NCBI GenBank assembly: GCA_022703585.1
Contig: JAKLDJ010000003.1
Span: 78,250-142,249 of the forward strand
Source: Candidatus Omnitrophota bacterium
GTDB lineage: Bacteria > Omnitrophota > Gorgyraeia > Zapsychrales > JAKLDJ01
DNA: 64,000 nucleotides
Direction: 5' to 3'
The notes below the pieces were generated by a model. The model was given only the letters and a program-made list of their open reading frames with translations. It searched no databases and was not told the DNA's origin. Position numbers and translations under genes: made by a program. Of the stretch, positions 8,686-16,562 are shown in pieces. Positions within the stretch are counted from its first letter, which is position 1. Every line of letters begins with the position of its first letter.

Positions 8686-9938
8686 TTTACTGCAAGAGAT
8701 GTCTATATCCGGAAAATCACCCGCTCCATCTAATATTTGATAGCGAAGGGGTCTGTTCCGGGTGCCGCGTTCATGAGGAAAAAGATGTGCTGGATTGGCA
8801 TGAACGGGCGCAGAACCTGGGACGTATTTTTGATGATTACCGAAGCCGTTCGGGGAAGAATTATGACTGCATCATTCCGGTTAGCGGTGCCAGGGATTCC
8901 TATTTTATCGTTCATACGGTTAAAAACGTATTTAAAATGAATCCGTTACTGGTTTCCTATAATCAGCATTACAACACGGATATCGGCATACGGAATTTAG
9001 CGTACTTACGGATCAAGTTTAATTGTGATTATTACCAGTTGACCGTATCTCCGGAAATCGTCAAGAAGATCACGCGCGCGACCATGCGAAAACGGGGCAG
9101 TATCTACTGGCACTGCATTGCCGGCCAGACGGTTTACCCGGTGCAAATGGCGGTTCAATTTAAAATCCCCTTAATTGTCTGGGGGGCGCATCAGGGGGTC
9201 GACCAAGTCGGAATGTTCTCTCATTTGGATGAAGTTGAGATGACGAGGAAATACCGCAAAGAACATGACCTGATGGGGCTCGAGGCCGAGGACCTGGTTG
9301 ACGAATTCGATTTTATAGAAGAAAAAGATATGGCTCCGTTCGTTTACCCGGACGACAAGGAAATTGAGAAAGTCGGAGTGAGAGGGATCTACCTTAATAA
9401 TTACATACGGTGGGATTCAAAAAAACAGCATGAAGACATGATTCGGCTCTACGGATACGAAACCGCTTTGCAGACCAGGACATTTGATAATTATAACGAC
9501 ATCGACTCTTTTAATTATTCCGATGTCCACGACCATATCAAGTTTCTAAAATGGGGTTATGGCAAGGTCAATGACCATGTTGCCAGGGAGATTCGTCTTA
9601 AACGGATGACCGCGCAAGAAGGCGTAGAAAAGATCGATGCCTATTTATACCGGCCCCCTAAAAATCTTTCTAAATTCTTAGAATGGATCGGGATGACCGA
9701 AAGGGCATTTAATTTTGTGATCGACCAACACCGCAGTCCGAGCGCATGGAAGAGAAACGCGAGATGGGAATGGGAGTTAAAGTCGCGTATCACAAAAGAA
9801 CTAATCGATGATTCGTCTAGGACGGTCGCTCTAGACAAAAAAGAAACTTGCGACTTTGTTTTGACGTCTTCACGAAAACCGGGATATGTCGAGGATAAGT
9901 ATATCTTAATCGGGAAAGGTGCTGTAGGGAACGCTTAA
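8682..9938 (+). CDS. N-acetyl sugar amidotransferase, second paralog (WbuX/PseA family)
   Basis: N-terminus YCKRCLYPENHPLHLIFDSEGVCSGCRVHEE and PP-loop SGARDS are present. ATGA overlap with the hisF-like stop. Confidence 0.8.
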   Translation: MIYCKRCLYPENHPLHLIFDSEGVCSGCRVHEEKDVLDWHERAQNLGRIFDDYRSRSGKNYDCIIPVSGARDSYFIVHTVKNVFKMNPLLVSYNQHYNTDIGIRNLAYLRIKFNCDYYQLTVSPEIVKKITRATMRKRGSIYWHCIAGQTVYPVQMAVQFKIPLIVWGAHQGVDQVGMFSHLDEVEMTRKYRKEHDLMGLEAEDLVDEFDFIEEKDMAPFVYPDDKEIEKVGVRGIYLNNYIRWDSKKQHEDMIRLYGYETALQTRTFDNYNDIDSFNYSDVHDHIKFLKWGYGKVNDHVAREIRLKRMTAQEGVEKIDAYLYRPPKNLSKFLEWIGMTERAFNFVIDQHRSPSAWKRNARWEWELKSRITKELIDDSSRTVALDKKETCDFVLTSSRKPGYVEDKYILIGKGAVGNA

Positions 9939-9942
9939 TCTT

Positions 9943-12087
9943 ATGCTTGAAACGGCGAACATTTATGTGGAATATTTGACCGTCTGGAATTGGCTTAAAG
10001 TTATTCTTCCGGCGCTGCGTCTTTACGCCCGCGAACAATCCGGGCGCCAATGCCGTTGCTATATTTTTGACAGCACGCCTGTCGCATTGTGGCTGGCCAG
10101 GCATTGGGGTCGGATAGAGGGATTTTTGGTTGAAAAAATAGACTTTCAAATAGCGGATGTCAAGGATGAGCAGGGGTTATCGGGCTTGTCTTGGGTTTGT
10201 CACAAGAATCCCGTTGAAATCCAAAGGATGATCCTCAATAATCCTGATTTTATATCCTTTACCGGCGGTCTCGACCCCCATTCCTTTGCAAAGGCATATT
10301 TGGCAAAATTACCTGTTATTTATTACAGCCTTATCGGTCCTCAGAAATACAGCGAAACAGGACACGTGGCATTCATGATTCAGATCGTGCATTGGCATCA
10401 GCGTCGGCTGGGCCATCATTCTTTGCGTGTCGATCTCTATGTTATCCCAAGGCTCTGGATGAAAGAGCTTCAAGAATACGCCAAATCCTATGGCGGGCGC
10501 TTGTGCGCGCTGGGGCCAGTGAAACTTTGGCGCTGGAAATGGGCAGAGTATAAAAGCAGGCTGAGCAATGTAAACCTTAATTTGATTAAGGCGCTTGTGC
10601 GGCACAAAATCTTTGAGTTCAGCGTCAAGCAGGGGCGGGTCGAGAACAAGTTTTATTTTAAGACTGATATTGTTCGGATGTTAACCGAAAGTTACGGGCA
10701 ATTTAATCTGGACGATCCGCAGTGCCATAGCGATGTCTTTTATGCCGATGAAAAAGCCCTGCGCCTGAAAGATATACTCCTCTATTTTAACTCAGTTACT
10801 GATCCTATTGATGAGAAGAAGTACGCGCTCCTTCAAAAACACGACCTTGCCGCTGTGGCTTTGACACCGCAATCATGCCTTGTTGACCCGGCGCTGGTTC
10901 CGGTGTTCCGTGCCGACGCAAAAGTCTCCATCGATGTCCCAAGCTATCCGGCTAAGGCGAGTCGGGAGATCAAGTCGCTGGCGGTGTCATTGGCTCACTA
11001 TAATAAGTTACGCAGCTATTGGCGTCAGTTCCTGCAGCGCTACAACATCAAGCTTTACACAAGCTGGCTTAACTGCGAGGCGAACACGATGGCCATTGCG
11101 GATGCGCTTACCGATGTCGGCGGGATCTCTTCGATCTACCAGCGTTCCTACAAGCCGGGTGTTTCTCCTCAATTAGCCGTGGGAACGGATATCATTTTTG
11201 GATTTTCCAACAGGGATTGTGAACTTCAGGCAGGGAGCGGTTCGCAGTTTCGTTATTACGTAACTGTCGGATATCTGGGGGACAATCGTTTTGATGTTTT
11301 GCGCCCCAGGGCTTCGCAGATCCGCAATCAATTATTAACGCACGGTGCTAAACACATTATCGCTTATTTCGACGAGAATACGCTGGATGATGGAAGATGG
11401 TTCCACGGGCACAAGATGGCGCAGGATAATTACCGTTTTTTGTTGGAAAAATTATTATTTAATTCTGAGCTGGGCCTTGTTTTAAAACCTAAGGTCCCCG
11501 GTACGTTACGCCGCAGATTAGGCGATATCAACAGGCTTTTGGTCGAGGCTGAAAAGACTGGGAGATGTTTCATGTTCGGGGAAGGGAGCATTTTCGGCTC
11601 TTATCCGCCTGCCGCCGCGGCCTTAGCGGCTGACATTGCGATTCATGACCAGTTGGCGTGCGGCACGGCAGGATTGGAAGCGGCTCTTGCCGGCATTCCC
11701 ACTTTGTTAATTGACCTCGAAGGGTGGTCTTTTAGCCCGTTATATGGGTTGGGAGATCATGTTGTTTTCACGGATAGAGACAGCGCTTGGCGTGCCTGTG
11801 AAGCGTATTTTAAGGATCCCTTGGCTCATCCCAGAGCGGGCAACTGGTCATCAATGATTAACGAATTTGACCCTTTTCATGATGGACGGGCGGCGCAGAG
11901 GATGAGCCGTTATTTAAAAGATCTTTTAGAGGGTTTGCGTGCGGGAGAAAAACCAACGGAGGTAATGGAAAAAGTTGCTGAACGCTATGCCCGTCAATGG
12001 GGCAAAGACAAGGTTCAACGAGGACCAAGATACGATGTTCATCTTTCTGTCGGAGAAAGTCTCAATCGTAAGGAGGTACGTCTGTGA
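9943..12087 (+). CDS. hypothetical 714-aa protein, possible GT-B-like/capsule-biosynthesis-like glycosyltransferase
   Basis: Long ORF with no hallmark motif I can name. The C-terminal segment GTAGLEAALAGIPTLLID...VVFTD resembles a GT-B C-terminal Rossmann half. Confidence 0.5.
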   Translation: MLETANIYVEYLTVWNWLKVILPALRLYAREQSGRQCRCYIFDSTPVALWLARHWGRIEGFLVEKIDFQIADVKDEQGLSGLSWVCHKNPVEIQRMILNNPDFISFTGGLDPHSFAKAYLAKLPVIYYSLIGPQKYSETGHVAFMIQIVHWHQRRLGHHSLRVDLYVIPRLWMKELQEYAKSYGGRLCALGPVKLWRWKWAEYKSRLSNVNLNLIKALVRHKIFEFSVKQGRVENKFYFKTDIVRMLTESYGQFNLDDPQCHSDVFYADEKALRLKDILLYFNSVTDPIDEKKYALLQKHDLAAVALTPQSCLVDPALVPVFRADAKVSIDVPSYPAKASREIKSLAVSLAHYNKLRSYWRQFLQRYNIKLYTSWLNCEANTMAIADALTDVGGISSIYQRSYKPGVSPQLAVGTDIIFGFSNRDCELQAGSGSQFRYYVTVGYLGDNRFDVLRPRASQIRNQLLTHGAKHIIAYFDENTLDDGRWFHGHKMAQDNYRFLLEKLLFNSELGLVLKPKVPGTLRRRLGDINRLLVEAEKTGRCFMFGEGSIFGSYPPAAAALAADIAIHDQLACGTAGLEAALAGIPTLLIDLEGWSFSPLYGLGDHVVFTDRDSAWRACEAYFKDPLAHPRAGNWSSMINEFDPFHDGRAAQRMSRYLKDLLEGLRAGEKPTEVMEKVAERYARQWGKDKVQRGPRYDVHLSVGESLNRKEVRL

Positions 12088-13127
12088 CCGATGTTCCTTT
12101 TAAGAAGTATTCCAAATCGTCAGGTTTTTATACAAAAACGCATAAGGAATTTTTTACGGAAAATGAATCCCTTTTAGCCAAGATAGAAGAACACAATCGG
12201 ATTTACCGGGAGCAGCCGGTCCGGGAGTATTGTAAATTATGCCATGAAAAGCTGCCGACTCTTAAGGATCTCGTTTCGCATGATATTCCTTACTTTTTTT
12301 GTTCCAATTGCGGGCATTTCAACGGAGCCTACGAAGATACCAAGGAATTTGTAAAAAAGATTTATCTCGAAGACACCAATTATTCGGATCACTACGTGAA
12401 TGCTGAATTTGATTCGCGAACCAAGAATATTTATGTCCCTAAAGTAGATTTTCTCGCAGAGAATCTTCCTCCGGGTATCCGGCCAAGGGTTCTTGATATA
12501 GGTTGTGGCAGCGGCAATTTTGTATACGCCTGTTTACAAAGGGATATTGAAGCGGTGGGGATAGACTTTTCGGCCAAGGCCGTTGACTTTGGAAATCAAC
12601 AAATACGGCAACGATTAAATAAATCTCCGCTGACACTGGTTTCGGAAGAGACATTCTTTCAGTCTATTGTCGGGTCGGATGCCAGTGTCTTAAGCGCTAT
12701 CGGGGTCCTTGAGCATTTGCGCGAACCGGATAAGCTTTTTGATGCGTTTGAAAAGAGCCGGATGACCTATTTGTTTTATTCTGTGCCGATGTTCTCTGCT
12801 TCGGTGATTTTTGAGAATGCCTTTCCGGCAGTATTCCCCAGACAGCTCGGAGGGGACCACACGCATTTATTTACCGAATCTTCGGTCGAATGGATGCATA
12901 AAAACAAGAATTTGTGTTCGCTTGCGGAGTGGCGATTTGGGACGGGTGTTATGGATTTGTATAGAAGCCTTTTGATAACCCTCAAGAAGAACGGTGCATC
13001 GGACAAGCTTCTTAAAATCTTTGAAGAGGGGTTTGCCCAAAAGATTGATGCCTTACAGGCTGTTCTTGATAAGAATAACTTTTGCTCGGAAATCCATTGC
13101 CTGGTAAAGAAAGAAAGGATGTCATGA
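12084..13127 (+). CDS. class I SAM-dependent methyltransferase with N-terminal zinc ribbon
   Basis: CKLCHEK...CSNCGHF gives CxxC...CxxC, and motif I is VLDIGCGSGNF. GTG start overlaps the upstream stop; RBS AAGGAGG. Confidence 0.7.
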   Translation: MTDVPFKKYSKSSGFYTKTHKEFFTENESLLAKIEEHNRIYREQPVREYCKLCHEKLPTLKDLVSHDIPYFFCSNCGHFNGAYEDTKEFVKKIYLEDTNYSDHYVNAEFDSRTKNIYVPKVDFLAENLPPGIRPRVLDIGCGSGNFVYACLQRDIEAVGIDFSAKAVDFGNQQIRQRLNKSPLTLVSEETFFQSIVGSDASVLSAIGVLEHLREPDKLFDAFEKSRMTYLFYSVPMFSASVIFENAFPAVFPRQLGGDHTHLFTESSVEWMHKNKNLCSLAEWRFGTGVMDLYRSLLITLKKNGASDKLLKIFEEGFAQKIDALQAVLDKNNFCSEIHCLVKKERMS

Positions 13128-13414
13128 ATATCTTGAGCTATTTTCATATCGATATGTGGACGCTTTGGGGTCTCGTCTCCCAGGGCCTTTTTTTCTTAAG
13201 TTTTGTTGTCCAGTGGTACGAATCGGAAAAGAGAAAGACTTCTGTTATCCCGATGGAATTTTGGTATCTGCGCATCTTAGGGGCGTTGATGACCTTTATT
13301 TATGCCGTCGCGCGTCGGGATATCGTTTTTTTGGCATCGACGGTGCTGCAGATTATTATTTATTCACGCAATATCCATTTGATCAGTCTCAAGGCTCCCG
13401 CCGGAAAGGGGTAA
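13124..13414 (+). CDS. small 2-TM membrane protein, lipid-A-disaccharide-synthase N-terminal-like domain (GT2 accessory)
   Basis: About 96 aa with two hydrophobic helices, WYESEKRK between them and a YAV.RRD motif. ATGA overlap with the upstream gene. Lies directly upstream of a polyprenyl-P GT2. Confidence 0.55.
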   Translation: MNILSYFHIDMWTLWGLVSQGLFFLSFVVQWYESEKRKTSVIPMEFWYLRILGALMTFIYAVARRDIVFLASTVLQIIIYSRNIHLISLKAPAGKG

Positions 13415-13418
13415 GGCT

Positions 13419-14354
13419 ATGACCGTGCCGTTTAATCCAATCGAAATCTCGGTTGTCGTACCTGTTTATAACGAAGAAGGAAGCGTGGTGCATCTTTACA
13501 CGGAGATCGAGGCGGTTTTGCGGGCCATGGGCCTGACGTTTGAGATTATTTTTGTTGATGACGGCTCTACCGACGGCACGGCCGCGAAACTGAAAACCTT
13601 ACGGCTTTTAAGGGTAATTCGTTTGCGCAAGAATTACGGCCAATCCTGTGCCCTGGATGCCGGTGTCAAGGCAGCGCGCGGGAAATTTATCGTGACCCTA
13701 GACGGTGACGGCCAGAATGATCCTGCGGATATCCCTCTTTTATGGCGCACGATCCAGAATGGCTATAGCGTTGTCTGCGGGTGGCGTTTTAAACGGAAAG
13801 ATTCTTTCTTAAAACGCTTTATTTCCCTGGGGGCACGGTTTTTAAGACGCCGGTTAGTGGATGACGACATCCATGATGCGGGGTGTACACTACGCATATA
13901 CAGACGGGAATGCTTTGAGGATTTGGACCTTTATGGGGAGCTGCACAGAATGATCCCGGCCCTTTTAAAATGGAGAGGGTTTAAGATCACGGAGGTTAAG
14001 GTTAATCACCGGCCGCGAATAGCTGGATGCACAAAATACGGCTGGGACCGGGTGCTCAAGGGATTTTTAGACATGCTCTATGTCTGGTTTTGGCGTAAAT
14101 ATGCCTTTAGGCCTTTGCACTTGTTCGGGGCATTCGGAATTTTCTTCATGCTGTTCGGTAGCCTTCTGCTTTTGTTTTTAACAGGTCTTAAAATATTTTT
14201 AGGATATCAGCTTTCTAATAAAATATGGCCGTTGGTGGGATTCTTTTCTGTCTCGATCGGCGTCCAATTCTTGATGATGGGATTTTTGGCTGCGAACTTG
14301 GTGGATCAGAACCGAGCCCGTAAATATTCCGTGGAATCTATGTCGGGAGAATAA
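13419..14354 (+). CDS. GT2 polyprenyl-phosphate sugar synthase (DPM1/ArnC/GtrB-like) with C-terminal TM helices
   Basis: ISVVVPVYNEEGS...FVDDGSTDGT...LDGDGQNDP fits GT2 DXD architecture. The hydrophobic C-terminal 80 aa is typical of GtrB/ArnC. Confidence 0.8.
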   Translation: MTVPFNPIEISVVVPVYNEEGSVVHLYTEIEAVLRAMGLTFEIIFVDDGSTDGTAAKLKTLRLLRVIRLRKNYGQSCALDAGVKAARGKFIVTLDGDGQNDPADIPLLWRTIQNGYSVVCGWRFKRKDSFLKRFISLGARFLRRRLVDDDIHDAGCTLRIYRRECFEDLDLYGELHRMIPALLKWRGFKITEVKVNHRPRIAGCTKYGWDRVLKGFLDMLYVWFWRKYAFRPLHLFGAFGIFFMLFGSLLLLFLTGLKIFLGYQLSNKIWPLVGFFSVSIGVQFLMMGFLAANLVDQNRARKYSVESMSGE

Positions 14355-14382
14355 GTGAGTTCAAGGCAGTTCTCGTTATGAG

Positions 14383-14434
14383 GGCTGCCGGGGCTTGCAT
14401 TTCTTTTCCGCGGGAATAGCAGCAACGATTTTTT
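14383..14434 (+). terminator. candidate intrinsic terminator (imperfect GC hairpin followed by a T-run)
   Basis: GCTGCCGGGG...CCGCGGGAATAGCAGC can pair (GCTGC/GCAGC arms) and is followed by AACGATTTTTT. Lies in the 101-nt gap after the GT2 gene. Confidence 0.3.
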
Positions 14435-14455
14435 AAGGAAGGGGGTCATCGTTAT

Positions 14456-15205
14456 ATGGATTCATCGTCTGCTCATCTAGAGGAGCACTATACATCTCTC
14501 GGGAATTTAAAGTCTGATTTTAGAAATAAGAATCTTTACGAATTGATTAGTTCCTGCCTGGATAAAAAAACACTCCTGGATATCGGATGCGGGGCGGGCC
14601 ATTTCTTAAATATTGCCCACGAGAAAGGGTTCCAAGTTTCCGGAGTAGAGCCTGATCAAAAGCTCATAGATCTTTCTCGGAAATTATATCCCGGAAATCT
14701 TAATATTACGAATTGTCCCGCTGAGCAGATCGACACCATCCGGGGAAAATTTGACAACATTACGGTGATTGATGTGCTCGAGCACGTTGAAGATGATATG
14801 TCTGTTTTGAAAAAAATAAAAGGATTATTGGCAGAAGACGGCCGGTTAATTATTTTGGTTCCCTGTCATCCTCATCTTTACGGAAAGCGGGATAAGGCCA
14901 TGGGCCATTACCGCCGTTATTCAAAGAGCAATCTTGTTGATAAATTGGAAAAGAACGGATACCGGATCCTAAAACTGCGTTTTTGGAATATGCTCGGCTA
15001 TTTACCCTATTTAATTTCTGAAAAGGTATTGCAGCGCGAAATCAGTTCTTCCTTTCGCGAAAATAAGAGCGGCAGCCCGCTTCATAATGCGGTCAGCAAG
15101 GTATTGAATTTATGGTTTAAATATGCGGAAAATGCAGTCAACTTTGGTTTTGGTCTGAGCCTGATATGCGTGGTAGTCCCCAGAGAAACAAAGGAAGAAT
15201 ATTAA
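14456..15205 (+). CDS. class I SAM-dependent methyltransferase
   Basis: Motif I TLLDIGCGAGHFL, with acidic post-I and motif II/III spacing. RBS AAGGAAGGGGG. Confidence 0.75.
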   Translation: MDSSSAHLEEHYTSLGNLKSDFRNKNLYELISSCLDKKTLLDIGCGAGHFLNIAHEKGFQVSGVEPDQKLIDLSRKLYPGNLNITNCPAEQIDTIRGKFDNITVIDVLEHVEDDMSVLKKIKGLLAEDGRLIILVPCHPHLYGKRDKAMGHYRRYSKSNLVDKLEKNGYRILKLRFWNMLGYLPYLISEKVLQREISSSFRENKSGSPLHNAVSKVLNLWFKYAENAVNFGFGLSLICVVVPRETKEEY

Positions 15206-16540
15206 ATGCCCAAAATACTACTTATCAATCCTCCTTGCTCTGCTCTGTATTCAAAACTCAGAAGAATTTCTCCCATCTATCCCCCGCTGGGTTTGTTGTA
15301 TCTCGCGTCTTTCTTGGAGAAAAATAACGTTGACGTGGCTTTCTATGACGGCCTGGCAGAAGGCAGATCTGTATCTGATGTTGAAAAGATATTATCGGTA
15401 TCCGATGCCGAGATTGTCGGAATCACCTGCACCACGTCTACCTTAAATGAGGCTATTCAAATTGCAACCTACGCTAAACATTGGGGGAAAAGGACATTTC
15501 TCGGGGGCCCGCATGTCACCGCGCTGCCCAAATTGACTTTAGAAAAGCATCCTTGTTTTGATGTGGGTGTCATCGGAGAAGGAGAAATCACTCTCCGGGA
15601 ATTAATCGCAGGCAAGCCGTTAAATGAAATCGACGGTATTGTCTATCGCCACGACGGCGAAGTGGTCATGAATAAAGCAAGGGAGGCGATTGAGGACCTG
15701 TCCAGCTTACCGCATCCGGCCAGGCATCATTTGAAAAATCAGCTATACCAGCCCGGCATTAAGGAATACGCGCGTGCCAATAACTTCTTTACGCTGATTA
15801 CCGCGCGGGGGTGTCCCTTTCAATGTATCTTTTGTGCCTCAAAAGCGATTTGGGGCTGTCGTGTGCGAGAAAGGTCGCTTGAGGATATTTTCCTCGAGCT
15901 GGAAGAACTTAAGGGAATGGGCATGACCTATCTGAGAGTTCTTGATGACACATTCACGTTAAAAAAGAGCAGAGTGCGTGAATTCTGCAAATATATAAAG
16001 AATTATAATATCCACTGGAGTTGTAATGCGCGAGTGGACAGAATGGACTCTGAAATAATCCATATGCTAAAAGACAGCCATTGTGTTTTTGTCGAATACG
16101 GCATTGAAAGCGGCAATCAAAAGATATTGGATATCATGAAAAAAGGCATCACGCTCGAGCAAATCCGGCAAGCCGCGCGAGTGACTAAAGAGGCAGGAAT
16201 GCGATTCAACTGTTCCTTTATCGTCGGCAACATAGGAGAAACGTTAAAGACCGCCGAGGAAACGGTGCAGTTAGCCAAGGAATTGAATCCGGATTTTGCC
16301 CAGTTTAACATGCTGACGCCTTATCCCGGGACCGAAGTATATTCCATCTGTAAGGAAAAAGGATATTTGATCAAAGATTTTGAAGACTATCGAAACCCAA
16401 AATATCAGGATCCGGTGATTGCGCTTCCGGGCTTACCGGCCAAGGAGCTCAAGAAATTGCTTATGCATGCTTACCGCTATTTTTATTGGCGGCCGCAAGC
16501 TATTTTTAAATTGCTGTACCATACGATTTTCTTTAAGTAG
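15206..16540 (+). CDS. cobalamin-binding radical SAM enzyme (class B radical SAM, likely methyltransferase)
   Basis: The N-terminus is a B12-binding-like Rossmann domain (KILLINPP...LGLLYLASFL). Radical SAM cluster motif CPFQCIFC (CxxxCxxC). Confidence 0.85.
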   Translation: MPKILLINPPCSALYSKLRRISPIYPPLGLLYLASFLEKNNVDVAFYDGLAEGRSVSDVEKILSVSDAEIVGITCTTSTLNEAIQIATYAKHWGKRTFLGGPHVTALPKLTLEKHPCFDVGVIGEGEITLRELIAGKPLNEIDGIVYRHDGEVVMNKAREAIEDLSSLPHPARHHLKNQLYQPGIKEYARANNFFTLITARGCPFQCIFCASKAIWGCRVRERSLEDIFLELEELKGMGMTYLRVLDDTFTLKKSRVREFCKYIKNYNIHWSCNARVDRMDSEIIHMLKDSHCVFVEYGIESGNQKILDIMKKGITLEQIRQAARVTKEAGMRFNCSFIVGNIGETLKTAEETVQLAKELNPDFAQFNMLTPYPGTEVYSICKEKGYLIKDFEDYRNPKYQDPVIALPGLPAKELKKLLMHAYRYFYWRPQAIFKLLYHTIFFK

Positions 16541-16562
16541 AACGATTTTAGGGAAAGAGGAA

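Noticed and set aside
14383-14434. Considered calling this a strong Rho-independent terminator
   Set aside because: The stem is imperfect (GCTGC/GCAGC arms with poorly paired interior), so it is kept only as a low-confidence feature.
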